A stretch of 61,332 nucleotides of DNA from Candidatus Nanopelagicaceae bacterium (GCA_035441345.1 DAOROE010000001.1:22815-84146); one strand, 5' to 3'. Positions 36,432-46,644 are shown, numbered from the stretch's first letter. Notes: generated from the letters alone by a model not told the origin. Numbers and translations are program-made.

Positions 36432-38812
36432 ATTCATTATCGCCCGCAGAACGCTACGCCGCTGCCAAGAATCGACAGAAACATCCGCTCACCTCTGAGT
36501 TTATGTCGAAGTATTCTTTTCCCTTTGATGATTTCCAAGAGATTGGATGTCAGCACCTGGAGGATGGGAAGAGCGTTCTTGTTGCAGCTCCGACTGGTGC
36601 AGGAAAGACAATAGTTGGAGAGTTTGCGACGTATTTGGCTGAACATCATGGCAATCGCTGTTTTTACACTACGCCTATCAAGGCTCTCTCAAATCAGAAA
36701 TATCAGGATCTCGTTAAGGTTTACGGCGAAAGCGAGGTTGGCTTACTAACGGGCGACTCTTCGATTAATAGCGATGCCCGAGTAGTCGTGATGACTACGG
36801 AAGTTTTGCGCAACATGATTTACGCAGATTCTGAAGCAATCAATGAGCTTGGTTATGTAGTCATGGATGAAGTGCACTACTTAGCAGATAAATTCCGAGG
36901 CGCTGTTTGGGAAGAGATTTTGATTCATCTACCCGAGCGAATTCAGATTGTTTCGCTATCAGCCACAGTTTCCAATGCGGAGGAGTTTGGCGAATGGCTG
37001 AAAACGGTTCGTGGCGAGACAGAAGTGGTTCTCAGTGAAATTAGACCAGTACCCCTCTATCAACATATCCTGATTGGGAATCGCATTCTTGATCTATTCG
37101 TAGACGAAGGTCGTGTAAATCCTGAAATTGTCCGCCTCGAAAGAAACTCGGTGCGACGTGTCCCAGGTTCTGGCTCAAAAAGCTGGAAGGAGAGCAAATT
37201 TTCTACGATTAAGTCGCTTACTCGCCCTGAAGTAGTGGAGAAACTCCTCCATAGAAACTTCCTTCCGGTTATCTATTTTATTTTCTCGAGAGCGGGTTGT
37301 GATGCCGCTGTTGCCTCCTGTATCCGTGAAGGTCTCTCATTGACAAATACGGAAGAGAAGGAAGAAATTCGCCGCATCATCGCCATTCGCACTCACGAGT
37401 TGCCTCATGAAGATTTTGGGGTGCTCGGCTTTCATGAGTGGAGCCAAGCGCTGGAGCGCGGTATTGCTGCACATCATGCCGGACTGTTGCCGATGTTTAA
37501 GGAGACGATAGAAGAGTTATTCCAACGCGGTTTACTCAAAGTTGTCTTTGCTACCGAAACTCTTGCTCTGGGCATCAACATGCCAGCGCGTTCGGTAGTT
37601 CTCGACAAACTCGTTAAGTGGAATGGCGAAACTCACGCCACCATCTCGCCAGGGGAGTACACCCAACTCACTGGGCGAGCAGGCAGACGCGGTATCGATG
37701 TTGAAGGAAACGCACTCATTATGTGGAGTGAGGAGATTGATAGCGGGATGGCAGCCGGTTTAGCCAGCACTCGCACCTACCCACTTCGTTCTTCCTTTTC
37801 ACCCACGTATAACATGACGGCAAATCTGATCTCACGATTCGGAAGAGAACGTGCTCGCAAATCTCTTGGCTCCTCATTTGCGCAATTTCAAGCCGACAAA
37901 GCTGTTGTCGGTTTAGCGCGTCAGATAACCAAGAATGAACAAGCTGTGAAATCACTTCGCGGAGAAGCTTCATGTCATCTGGGAGATATTTCAGAGTATA
38001 TGGAGCGACGAGTTGCTATTAAGGAACTTGAGAACCAATTCTCGCAACGTCGCGTTGTTTCTGGGAGTCGACGTAAGGCACATGCAGCAATCGAGGAAGA
38101 AATTACCGAGCACCGACGTTTTCTCAAGCACCATCCTTGCCACCCATGTCCGGATCGCGAATCTCATGCTCGACAATTCGAGAAAGCGGCACGACTCGAG
38201 CGCGAGTCTCAGGGACTAACAAACCGCATGGAGAGTCGTACCAATGTCATACCCCGAACTTTTGATCGAGTAGGAGATGTCCTTACTGATTTGAATTATC
38301 TTCATGGTGATTCATTAACACCTAAGGGCGAGATACTCACTCGCATCTATGCGGAGACAGATCTGCTGATGGCGGAGATTCTCAACTCGGAAATACTTAA
38401 TGACATAACACCATCTGATCTAGTCGGATTGCTCTCCTCGTTGGTTTACGAGGGCAGGGGAGAGCGCAGTCGTACTCCAAGGCTTCCGAAATCTCTAGAA
38501 CAGCTCGTTCCTCCTGTTGCGAAGATGTGGGCCACAATTGTGAATTTAGAGGAGTCTCACGGCATTCAGCCTCAACGTGAACCGAATTTCGATTTAGCAT
38601 GGAGCGCATATCGTTGGGCAAATGGCCATAGTTTGCAGACTATTTTGCGTGAGACTGAAATAACTGTAGGAGATTTTGTTCGAGCGATTCGTCAGATTAT
38701 TGATCTACTTGGACAACTTCTTAACGCGAAACCTGAAATGCATCATTTGATAAGAGATGCGATGAAGCGAGTGGACAGAGGCGTTATTGCGTACTCGGCG
38801 GTCATAGCATGA
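36428..38812 (+). CDS. helY: Ski2-like DEAD/DEAH-box helicase HelY
   Basis: APTGAGKT, MDEVHY, SAT and HHAGL motifs. ATG 36428 forms an ATGA overlap with the upstream stop. GTG 36419 is an alternative start. Confidence 0.85.
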   Translation: MNSLSPAERYAAAKNRQKHPLTSEFMSKYSFPFDDFQEIGCQHLEDGKSVLVAAPTGAGKTIVGEFATYLAEHHGNRCFYTTPIKALSNQKYQDLVKVYGESEVGLLTGDSSINSDARVVVMTTEVLRNMIYADSEAINELGYVVMDEVHYLADKFRGAVWEEILIHLPERIQIVSLSATVSNAEEFGEWLKTVRGETEVVLSEIRPVPLYQHILIGNRILDLFVDEGRVNPEIVRLERNSVRRVPGSGSKSWKESKFSTIKSLTRPEVVEKLLHRNFLPVIYFIFSRAGCDAAVASCIREGLSLTNTEEKEEIRRIIAIRTHELPHEDFGVLGFHEWSQALERGIAAHHAGLLPMFKETIEELFQRGLLKVVFATETLALGINMPARSVVLDKLVKWNGETHATISPGEYTQLTGRAGRRGIDVEGNALIMWSEEIDSGMAAGLASTRTYPLRSSFSPTYNMTANLISRFGRERARKSLGSSFAQFQADKAVVGLARQITKNEQAVKSLRGEASCHLGDISEYMERRVAIKELENQFSQRRVVSGSRRKAHAAIEEEITEHRRFLKHHPCHPCPDRESHARQFEKAARLERESQGLTNRMESRTNVIPRTFDRVGDVLTDLNYLHGDSLTPKGEILTRIYAETDLLMAEILNSEILNDITPSDLVGLLSSLVYEGRGERSRTPRLPKSLEQLVPPVAKMWATIVNLEESHGIQPQREPNFDLAWSAYRWANGHSLQTILRETEITVGDFVRAIRQIIDLLGQLLNAKPEMHHLIRDAMKRVDRGVIAYSAVIA

Positions 38813-39711
38813 CACTTCTATTAATCGATAGCGCTTCGCTGTGGTACCGCGCCTACTACGGAATGCCTGACACGTTGCTCTCACCTGATGGGGAACCCAT
38901 TAATGCCGTGAAGGGCTTTATTGATATGACAGCGCGCTTGGTTTCACATTACCGACCTAATCGAATGGCGCTCTGCCTTGATGGAGATTGGCGACCAAGT
39001 TGGAGAGTTGATCTATTCCCCGAATACAAGGCCAATCGCGTTGATGATGATGGCGAAGAAGAGGCAGAACCTGATCTTTTGACCCCTCAAATCCCCATCA
39101 TCACCGACTTCTTCGAGGCGGCCGGCATTCCACTTATTGGTGTTGATGATTACGAAGCTGACGATGTGATTGCAACGCTCGCGTATCAGGAAAAGAGTCC
39201 TACTCGAATCGTGACAGGAGATCGTGATCTCTTTCAGCTTGTCGATGACAAACGTGATGTTGCAGTAGCTTATTTAGCCAAGGGCATCAGCAATCATGAT
39301 TTGGTGAATCTTAAGTGGATTTCGCAGAAGTATGACATTCCGGGGGAGAGGTACGCGCTCTTTGCCATGATTCGTGGTGATGCATCCGATGGTCTTCCTG
39401 GAATCAAGGGCATCGGTGAGAAAGGCGCAGCGGCTATTGCTCAATCCTTTGCATCGATGAACGATGTCATTGATGCTGCACTCTCTGAAAACGAATCGTT
39501 ACATCCCACACATCGCAAGAAGATTCTCGCCGATATGCAATATGCCAAGATTGCTGAGAAGCTCGTGACCTGCGCGCTCGATGTGCGTCTTCCTAAAGTA
39601 GATCTAAAGATTCCTTCAGGACCTGGCGACCGTTCGTACCTTGAATCAATGAAAAAAGATTACGGCTTAGGCGCAAGCGTTGATCGCCTCATGGCTGCAC
39701 TGCAATGGTAA
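38809..39711 (+). CDS. 5'-3' exonuclease (stand-alone FEN/Pol I N-terminal domain type)
   Basis: LLLIDSASLWYRAYYG and EADDVIATLA motifs plus an H3TH region (GDASDGLPGIKGIGEKGA). ATGA overlap with helY. Confidence 0.85.
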   Translation: MTLLLIDSASLWYRAYYGMPDTLLSPDGEPINAVKGFIDMTARLVSHYRPNRMALCLDGDWRPSWRVDLFPEYKANRVDDDGEEEAEPDLLTPQIPIITDFFEAAGIPLIGVDDYEADDVIATLAYQEKSPTRIVTGDRDLFQLVDDKRDVAVAYLAKGISNHDLVNLKWISQKYDIPGERYALFAMIRGDASDGLPGIKGIGEKGAAAIAQSFASMNDVIDAALSENESLHPTHRKKILADMQYAKIAEKLVTCALDVRLPKVDLKIPSGPGDRSYLESMKKDYGLGASVDRLMAALQW

Positions 39712-41105
39712 ACCTACTTCTTGCCGTTCTATCTGGAATCTTGTTCTGGATTGGTTTTGCACCGTTTGAGTTGTGGATTGCTCCGTATCTCGGAGTTGCT
39801 CTGCTTTTTCGCACACTCTGTGAAAGACCATTTCTTAATCGAGTAATCCTTGCTCTCGTTGCAGGATTATCTTTCTTTCTTCCGCTCCTTCATTGGAGCT
39901 CGGTTTATGTTGGATCGATTCCATGGCTTGTTCTCGCCATGGGGGAGAGCCTGATTTTCGCTCTGATAGGTATCCCTCGATGGAGCCGTAGATGGGAGAG
40001 CGCGTTCTCCTTTGCACTCCTCTTTACCCTCATTGAATTGTTGAGAATGAAGGCGCCATTTGGTGGTTTTGGATGGGGAAGAGTTGGTTTCACACAGATT
40101 GATTCCATCAATTTCGTTTTCCCCTTCATCGGCGTCACAGGCGTCTCTCTCATTGTTGCTCTAGCCGCGCTTTTATTTACATCTGCTCGTAAATTTGGCG
40201 CAGCGCTGCTGATAGTTTTTCTTGCCGGAAATGCAGCAATCAATTTTCTTGTGAAAGATTTGCGCGAAACGGACTTACAGATCACTGCAATTCAAGGTGG
40301 AGTCGATAATCTCGGATTAGATTTCAATGATCGTGCGATGAGAGTCTTGGACCGTCACATTCAAGCAACTGTAAGAGTTCCAGATACAGATTTATACATT
40401 TGGCCGGAAAATGCTTCCGATATCGATCCACTCAAGAATCCGATTGCCAATTCAAAGGTTGTCGAACTGATAAACGAGATTGATGCGCCATTACTCATAG
40501 GCGCTGTCGAAACCTCCGATTTGGGTCCTAAGAACTCAAGCCTTCTACTTAACAATCGAGGTTCATTAGCTAGTCGTTACGTTAAGCAGGATCTCGCACC
40601 ATTCGGTGAATACATGCCGATGCGACGACTCGCAGAAGCTATCTCTCCATATGCTGAGCAAGTTAACGACTTTCTGCCGGGCAACAAATGGATCAAACAC
40701 CTGGTTAATGGAGCGCCATTTCAGTCTTTGATTTGCTTTGAGATTTTGGATGATGATCACGCTAAAGATGGGGCACGAGGCAGCTCTTTTCTCGTCGCTC
40801 AGACAAATAATGCGACTTTTGGAGAGAGCTCTGAAGCCGCTCAACAGCTACAAATCACTCGAGCTCGAGCCGCCGAATCTGGTCGCGAATTTGCCGTTGT
40901 GAGTACGACTGGTTTTACTGCACATATAGATAAGCAAGGAAAAGTTCTGGCGACGTTGCCACAATTTCTTCCCGACCAGCTAACTATGAAGATTGACCTG
41001 GTAGAACCCGAAAGAACTACGCTGGCTCAACGGCTAGAGAGCTGGATGTGGGCTTTGGGACTGATCGTTCTCTTTGGCCTTCTCCGCGTGAGATTAAGCC
41101 GATAA
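39705..41105 (+). CDS. lnt: apolipoprotein N-acyltransferase
   Basis: N-terminal polytopic membrane domain plus a CN-hydrolase domain (WPE..., ICFE). Confidence 0.85.
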   Translation: MVNLLLAVLSGILFWIGFAPFELWIAPYLGVALLFRTLCERPFLNRVILALVAGLSFFLPLLHWSSVYVGSIPWLVLAMGESLIFALIGIPRWSRRWESAFSFALLFTLIELLRMKAPFGGFGWGRVGFTQIDSINFVFPFIGVTGVSLIVALAALLFTSARKFGAALLIVFLAGNAAINFLVKDLRETDLQITAIQGGVDNLGLDFNDRAMRVLDRHIQATVRVPDTDLYIWPENASDIDPLKNPIANSKVVELINEIDAPLLIGAVETSDLGPKNSSLLLNNRGSLASRYVKQDLAPFGEYMPMRRLAEAISPYAEQVNDFLPGNKWIKHLVNGAPFQSLICFEILDDDHAKDGARGSSFLVAQTNNATFGESSEAAQQLQITRARAAESGREFAVVSTTGFTAHIDKQGKVLATLPQFLPDQLTMKIDLVEPERTTLAQRLESWMWALGLIVLFGLLRVRLSR

Positions 41106-41122
41106 TCTACATTATGTAAAGT
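41095..41122 (+). other. dif: candidate dif site (XerC/XerD chromosome-dimer resolution site)
   Basis: TAAGCCGATAA-TCTACA-TTATGTAAAGT. 19/28 identity to both E. coli and B. subtilis dif as I recall them. XerD arm matches B. subtilis at 10/11. Sits in the 21-bp convergent gap where gene orientation flips. Confidence 0.6.
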
Positions 41123-41126
41123 AAAA

Positions 41127-43970
41127 CTAATTGATAGCCAAGCTCGCTATCGGTTCGCAAGCGCAAACCAGATTCCTATCCCCGTACGCGCCATCGATGC
41201 GGCCGACGGTGGGCCAATACTTTCCTCGCCGCGTAAGTCCAGTTTCAACTCCCGCAGGAAAAGCGGCATCGTGTCGTGAATATGGGCGCGACCACTCCGT
41301 CTCAAGAACATCTGATGCAGTGTGCGGCGCATGGCGGAGCGCAGAATCTTCAATCTTTACTTTGCCAGCCTCAATTTCATCGATCTCTTCTGCAATTGTG
41401 AGCATCGCGGCGATAAAGCGATCAATTTCGGCGATATCTTCACTCTCAGTGGGTTCGATCATAAAGGTACCCGCGACTGGGAAGCTCATCGTCGGTGCGT
41501 GGAATCCAAAGTCCATCAAACGCTTAGCAATATCATCAACGCTCACACCAGTCCGCTTCGTTATTTCTCGCAGATCGATAATGCATTCGTGTGCAATCAG
41601 ACCGTTCTGGCCGGTGTACAAGGTTGGGAATGATGGCTGTAATTTCTTCGCAATGTAATTTGCGGAAAGAATCGCTATTGCGGTTGCTTTTGTTAAACCT
41701 TCAGCGCCCATCATGCGGATATATGCCCACGAAATTGGCAAAATCAGCGCCGAACCAAATGGCGCTGCACTAATGGGGCCAGGACCTGTCAATGGTCCAG
41801 CGCTCTGGTCTAGCGGATGATTCGGTAAATATGGCGCTAAATGTTTACGTGCGATGACTGGACCAACTCCTGGTCCCCCACCACCATGAGGAATACAGAA
41901 TGTTTTATGGAGATTGAGATGAGAAACATCAGCGCCAAATTTTCCTGGCTGCGCCAGTCCAACAAGTGCGTTGAGATTTGCGCCATCGACGTACACCTGA
42001 CCGCCCGCATCATGGATCATGGCGCAGATTGTGGTGATCTCCGCTTCAAAGACTCCATGGGTAGATGGGTAGGTGACCATCAAAGCCGCTAGTTCTGAGC
42101 CATATTCTGCAATTTTGGCCTTGAGATCATCAATCGAAACATTTCCATGATCATCGCACGCAACAACGACTACACGCATACCCGCCATCACGGCGCTAGC
42201 GGCATTTGTGCCATGTGCGCTCGATGGGATCAAACAAATATCTCTTCCGCTCTCCCCTTTTCCATCGAGGTAGTTCTTGATCGCAAGCAAACCAGCAAAC
42301 TCACCTTGCGAACCCGCGTTAGGTTGGAGCGAAACGGCGTCATAGCCCGTGATATCTACGAGCCATTGCGAAAGTTGTGAAATCAAACGGCGAGTTCCTT
42401 GAGTCTGTGAGGCTGGAGCAAAAGGGTGTAGGTCGGCGAATTCCGGCCAGGTAATCGCCTCCATTTCAGTCGTGGCATTGAGCTTCATTGTGCATGAACC
42501 CAGAGGAATCATCGTGCGATCCAGCGCCAAGTCTCTATCCGAAAGGGAGCGGATATAACGGAGCATAGAAGTTTCCGAGTGATAAGAATTGAAGAGAGGA
42601 TGTTGTAAATAATCAGTCTTACGCACGGCAGGAATCGCGCCAATCGCTTCAGCGCTATTGCGATTGAGAGCCCATACTTTGCAGAGTTTCTCAACGAGCT
42701 TCTCGGTTGTGCGCTCATCAAATGCGACGCTTACTCCTCCGTCAATCTTACGAACATTGATTCCTGCTCTTGCTGCAGATTCCACGAGCGCATCTGCATT
42801 CGAAGCAAAGAATGAAACTGTGTCAAAGAAATGCGGTGACAAAATTTCAAATCCACTATTTTTGAGAGCTGCTGCAAAATTTCGAGCATGCTTGTGCACT
42901 CTTACCGCGATCTCTTTGAGTCCATCTGGACCGTGCCACGCTGCATAGAAGGCTGCGATGACTGCTAGTAGAACTTGTGCGGTACAGATATTGCTTGTCG
43001 CCTTGTCGCGACGAATATGCTGCTCGCGAGTTTGCAGCGCTAAACGAAGCGCAGGGTTGCCATGGCTATCAATACTTTGGCCAACCAACCGACCAGGCAA
43101 CGAACGTTCCAAACCATTTCGTACTGCAAGGAAACCGGCATGTGGTCCGCCAAATCCCATGGGCACTCCAAAACGCTGTGCAGAGCCGACCGAGATATCT
43201 GCGCCCCACTCCCCCGGAGATTTGATCAGAGTGAGAGCTAAGAGATCCGAAGCCATCACAACAAAACCAGAGTTACGATGAACCTCAGAGATCACTCTCT
43301 CGAAATCAGAGAGAGTTCCAAAAGTATCGGGGTATTGCAGCAACACACCAAAAGCTTGAGAGAAATCGGAGACCGCATTTACATCCACTACTTCAATCGG
43401 AATATTGAGTGGCTTTGCACGAGTAATCACAACCGCTTGCGTTTGAGGATGAACTCGTGAATCAATAATGAATCTAGCGTCATCGGAGAGCGTGGAATTA
43501 CGCCGTGCAAGAGTCATTGCTTCTGCGGCTGCAGTACCTTCATCTAACATCGATGCATTGCAGATAGGTAATCCCGTGAGATCACTAACCATAGTTTGGA
43601 AGGCAAAGAGAGCTTCCAATCGTCCCTGACTGATCTCAGGTTGGTACGGAGTGTATGCGGTGTACCAAGCTGGATTTTCTAGAACATTTCGTAGGACAAC
43701 TGGTGGAGTAATCGTCCCGTAGTAACCCATCCCAATCAGAGATTCGGCCTGAACGTTCTCTTGAGCCAAAGATCGCAATTCTGCGATGACATCAACTTCG
43801 GAGATGGGCGCGGGTAGTTTTGTTCCAAATCTTTCTTTAATTGTGATTGATTCTGGTAGCACTGCTGCGACAAAATCTTCTAAGGAGTTATAGCCCAACT
43901 CATGGAGCATGGTTGCGACTTGCTCTGATGATGGACCGATATGCCGATCCGAGAAGTCTCGCCTTGTCAT
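41127..43970 (-). CDS. gcvP: glycine dehydrogenase (decarboxylating), single-chain P protein
   Basis: [18 protein letters not shown]-terminus and the PLP-lysine region [16 protein letters not shown]. The track start at 44039 overlaps the upstream MerR gene and is rejected. Confidence 0.92.
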   Translation of the reverse strand: MTRRDFSDRHIGPSSEQVATMLHELGYNSLEDFVAAVLPESITIKERFGTKLPAPISEVDVIAELRSLAQENVQAESLIGMGYYGTITPPVVLRNVLENPAWYTAYTPYQPEISQGRLEALFAFQTMVSDLTGLPICNASMLDEGTAAAEAMTLARRNSTLSDDARFIIDSRVHPQTQAVVITRAKPLNIPIEVVDVNAVSDFSQAFGVLLQYPDTFGTLSDFERVISEVHRNSGFVVMASDLLALTLIKSPGEWGADISVGSAQRFGVPMGFGGPHAGFLAVRNGLERSLPGRLVGQSIDSHGNPALRLALQTREQHIRRDKATSNICTAQVLLAVIAAFYAAWHGPDGLKEIAVRVHKHARNFAAALKNSGFEILSPHFFDTVSFFASNADALVESAARAGINVRKIDGGVSVAFDERTTEKLVEKLCKVWALNRNSAEAIGAIPAVRKTDYLQHPLFNSYHSETSMLRYIRSLSDRDLALDRTMIPLGSCTMKLNATTEMEAITWPEFADLHPFAPASQTQGTRRLISQLSQWLVDITGYDAVSLQPNAGSQGEFAGLLAIKNYLDGKGESGRDICLIPSSAHGTNAASAVMAGMRVVVVACDDHGNVSIDDLKAKIAEYGSELAALMVTYPSTHGVFEAEITTICAMIHDAGGQVYVDGANLNALVGLAQPGKFGADVSHLNLHKTFCIPHGGGGPGVGPVIARKHLAPYLPNHPLDQSAGPLTGPGPISAAPFGSALILPISWAYIRMMGAEGLTKATAIAILSANYIAKKLQPSFPTLYTGQNGLIAHECIIDLREITKRTGVSVDDIAKRLMDFGFHAPTMSFPVAGTFMIEPTESEDIAEIDRFIAAMLTIAEEIDEIEAGKVKIEDSALRHAPHTASDVLETEWSRPYSRHDAAFPAGVETGLTRRGKYWPTVGRIDGAYGDRNLVCACEPIASLAIN

Positions 43971-43998
43971 GGCGAGAAGAATAAGGGCTAGTACTGTT

Positions 43999-44511
43999 TT
44001 ATGCGCCGCGTAACTTGCGTCGTGCAGCCAATTCATCACCTGAAGTATCGGCCGTCACAAGAGAGCCATCATTGAGATTCTCCGCTTGAAGGTGTGAGAG
44101 TGAACCTTCAACTTCATTCCACACTTTGCCAATCGCAATACCAAAGACGCCCTGGCCGCCTTGCAATAAGTCAAAGATCTCCTCTGAACTTGTGCATTCA
44201 TAGATCGAGGCCCCATCACTCATCAAAGTGATGCGCGCTAAATCATCAACCCCACGTTCACGAAGGTGTGCGACCGCCGAACGGATATTTTGAAGAGAGA
44301 CTCCGGTATCCAAGAGACGCTTCACAATCTTGAGAACAAGAATGTCCTTAAATCCATAGAGTCGAGCGCTGCCTGATCCGCTCGCTCCCCTGACAGTTGG
44401 TTCTACTAACCCAGTGCGCGCCCAATAGTCGAGCTGACGATAAGAAATTCCCGCAGCTGCACAGGCCGAAGCGCCACGATAACCAAGTTCGAGATCGTGA
44501 TTCTCTTTCAT
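43999..44511 (-). CDS. MerR-family transcriptional regulator (Rv1830-like)
   Basis: [26 protein letters not shown] Shine-Dalgarno sequence 7 nt upstream. Conserved position before gcvP. Confidence 0.8.
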   Translation of the reverse strand: MKENHDLELGYRGASACAAAGISYRQLDYWARTGLVEPTVRGASGSGSARLYGFKDILVLKIVKRLLDTGVSLQNIRSAVAHLRERGVDDLARITLMSDGASIYECTSSEEIFDLLQGGQGVFGIAIGKVWNEVEGSLSHLQAENLNDGSLVTADTSGDELAARRKLRGA

Positions 44512-44571
44512 AGGGAAGCCTCGCTATTCATATCGCCGGGGAGAGCAATGAGAGAACGGTAGATGGCACTC

Positions 44572-44593
44572 ACTCTTGATTCAATCACCGACA
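44572..44593 (-). promoter_or_regulatory. RDRM-like (RecA-independent / PafBC-type) promoter motif
   Basis: The minus strand reads TGTCGGTG-attgaatc-AAGAGT, against the recalled consensus TGTCRGTG-N8-TANNNT. Lies about 60 nt upstream of the MerR ATG. Confidence 0.4.
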
Positions 44594-44600
44594 CACTTAA

Positions 44601-44617
44601 AACCTCAAGTAGAGGTT
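44601..44617 (-). terminator. weak stem-loop overlapping the stop of the 132-aa membrane protein gene
   Basis: Minus strand AACCTC-TACTT-GAGGTT followed by TT. 6-bp stem. Confidence 0.3.
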
Positions 44618-45014
44618 AATGGTTTCGGCGCCTTCCCTGTAAACCATATAGATACGCCAGCGCGAAGGCGGTTCCTACGGCGATGTAACCCCATCGTCCC
44701 AGCGTCCAGCTACCTGGGGCTACAACGGTAAGAAATGAGAGAGTCAGGCAAACGGGAACCATGATCGAAGCTACCTGTCGAAGTGTTCTTTCAGATGCGA
44801 ACGCTGCAACCACCGGCATCATCGTCGCAACGATTACGAGGACTGCGCCCATCATTCTCATCGCCCACGTTAATTCGGGAGTCACCGCGTCTTCCGTTCC
44901 AACAACGCCAATGAACTTCACAAAGAAACTTGGCTCGACCAGAAGAGCAAGGGCAGAGACCGCAAAGACCACCGCGCCAACTCGCAGCACCAGAGCGATG
45001 CGTCGAGTCAACAT
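44616..45014 (-). CDS. hypothetical 4-TM membrane protein
   Basis: 132 aa, four hydrophobic segments, basic C-terminus (GRRRNH). No family recognised. Confidence 0.55.
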   Translation of the reverse strand: MLTRRIALVLRVGAVVFAVSALALLVEPSFFVKFIGVVGTEDAVTPELTWAMRMMGAVLVIVATMMPVVAAFASERTLRQVASIMVPVCLTLSFLTVVAPGSWTLGRWGYIAVGTAFALAYLYGLQGRRRNH

Positions 45015-45026
45015 AAGTTTTCCTAT

Positions 45027-45497
45027 CTATCCGGCGAAATCTTCAGGGTTTATTTGATCGAGGAATTCTTTGAACTTCTCCACTTCATCCTCTGATTGAT
45101 CGGGAATTTCGATACCCGCATCTCCGAGAAGCGCCTCACTCGCCAGAATGGGCGCGCCGGTGCGCAGAGCTAGAGCAATCGCATCGCTGGGGCGTGATGA
45201 GACGGTAACGCCACCTTGAAGGTTGAGCAGTGAATAGAAGATTCCCTCGCGCAATTCAGTGAGATGAATGGAATCAATAGAGACATGGAGTGCGGCAAGA
45301 ACATCTTTCATCAGGTCGTGCGTTAATGGTCGAGGCGGTGTAACTCCTTGCTGAGCAAAAGCGATTGCAGTTGCCTCAACAGCTCCAATCCAGATTGGGA
45401 GGTAACGCTCTCCCCCAATTTCCTTGAGCAAGACGATGGGTTGATTCGAGGGCATCTCTACTCGCACCCCGATCACATCCATCGCATGAAAGTTCAT
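45027..45497 (-). CDS. bifunctional nuclease family protein (DUF151, Rv1829-like)
   Basis: VLLKE...RYLPIWIGAVEATAIA motif. ATGA overlap with the upstream MerR gene. Confidence 0.8.
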   Translation of the reverse strand: MNFHAMDVIGVRVEMPSNQPIVLLKEIGGERYLPIWIGAVEATAIAFAQQGVTPPRPLTHDLMKDVLAALHVSIDSIHLTELREGIFYSLLNLQGGVTVSSRPSDAIALALRTGAPILASEALLGDAGIEIPDQSEDEVEKFKEFLDQINPEDFAG

Positions 45498-46207
45498 CGA
45501 GAGCGATTCAAACCTGAACGTACCAAAGCTGCATGAAGTCGAACTGATAGTGATGCAATCTCGCGCGAAACTTCCTGTGCGCGCGCCTTTGATTCAGGAT
45601 TCTTCTGACGCATCAATGGAGTGATGACTTGTTCCACTAGTCCAACCTCGCGATCAGCAGCGGTTTTAAAGGCTCTTAGATGCCTTCCTTCGATTCCAAA
45701 TGCAGAGATTTCAGCGACAACTTTTGCAACGGTTAATGCGTCTCCATCGTAGTGACGACCTTTGATTTGAATCAAACCGTAGCTTTCCAACTCAACGAGT
45801 TGATCTTCCGAGATGCCGCTGCTGGAAAGTAGTTCATCACGAGATAGGCGAAGTTCAGTTTGTTCAATGAACGCACTTGGTGCCAACGAACCATCTACAG
45901 TTGCAAGTCGCGGAGTTGGGGCTGCACCAGCAGTTTGTGCAGGCTGCAGACCACGATCTAGCGCGTCAAGGTTTTCCTTGATTACCTTGAGTGGAAGATA
46001 CTGATCTCGTTGCGCAAGCAGCACATAGCGAAGTCGCTCTAAATCTGTGGTGGTGAACTTTCTATAACCTGACGGAGTTCTCTGTGGCTCAATCAAGCCT
46101 TCTGATTCCAAGAATCTGATCTTTGAAATCGTCACATCCGGGAAATCGCTTCTTAGTTTTCCAAGAACTTCACCGATGCTTAGGTATGCGCGCGCGGGAA
46201 CGCTCAT
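45494..46207 (-). CDS. MerR-family regulator, FtsR/Rv1828-like
   Basis: YLSIGEVLGKLRSDFPDVTISKIRFLESEGLIEPQRTPSGYRKF HTH region. Conserved order garA-merR-nuclease-merR. Confidence 0.8.
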   Translation of the reverse strand: MSVPARAYLSIGEVLGKLRSDFPDVTISKIRFLESEGLIEPQRTPSGYRKFTTTDLERLRYVLLAQRDQYLPLKVIKENLDALDRGLQPAQTAGAAPTPRLATVDGSLAPSAFIEQTELRLSRDELLSSSGISEDQLVELESYGLIQIKGRHYDGDALTVAKVVAEISAFGIEGRHLRAFKTAADREVGLVEQVITPLMRQKNPESKARAQEVSREIASLSVRLHAALVRSGLNRSR

Positions 46208-46644
46208 GTTCGTACCTTTCCTCCAACAAAGAAATGCAGACGATACTTTCCAATATGTAACTCCATGCCATCACTGAGTTGAGCACTTTCCTCAACTTTT
46301 CCATCAACATATGTGCCATTTAAACTGCCAAGATCTTTAACGGAATAACTTTTTCCACTGCGAATAATCTGCGCGTGCTTTCTAGAAACGGTGACATCGT
46401 CTAAGAAGATCTCGTTATCAGTGGAGCGACCAATAGATGTCAGATCCGAGTTAAGAAGAAAACGTGCGCCCCGCGAAGGGCCGCTCAAAGCAATCAACAT
46501 CGCTGAGCCTTCTGGGAGGGCGGCTATAACATCGCGCTCGTTCTGAGTCGCTTTATCCAGAAGTGCTGAGACATGGTCTGAGACCGAACGAAGTGCCCCC
46601 AGATTGATGGTCGTCGTGAGATCTTTTTCTTTAGCTTGATCCAT
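46204..46644 (-). CDS. garA: FHA-domain regulator GarA/OdhI
   Basis: N-terminal Thr cluster (DLTTTINLG) and C-terminal FHA domain (GRSTDNEIFLDDVTVSRKHA...NGTYV). GGGGAG Shine-Dalgarno sequence 5 nt before ATG 46644. Confidence 0.85.
   Translation of the reverse strand: MDQAKEKDLTTTINLGALRSVSDHVSALLDKATQNERDVIAALPEGSAMLIALSGPSRGARFLLNSDLTSIGRSTDNEIFLDDVTVSRKHAQIIRSGKSYSVKDLGSLNGTYVDGKVEESAQLSDGMELHIGKYRLHFFVGGKVRT

Noticed and set aside
43971-43998. Glycine riboswitch expected upstream of gcvP. Also checked upstream of gcvH (0-nt gap to pgsA at 47116/47117) and in the gcvH-garA spacer (46651-46732).
   Set aside because: Only 28 nt separate the MerR stop from the gcvP ATG, and gcvH abuts pgsA, so there is no room for an aptamer of 100 nt or more. 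The 82-nt spacer at 46651-46732 lacks the GGAGAG...CACCG/CUCUGGAGAG-type cores.
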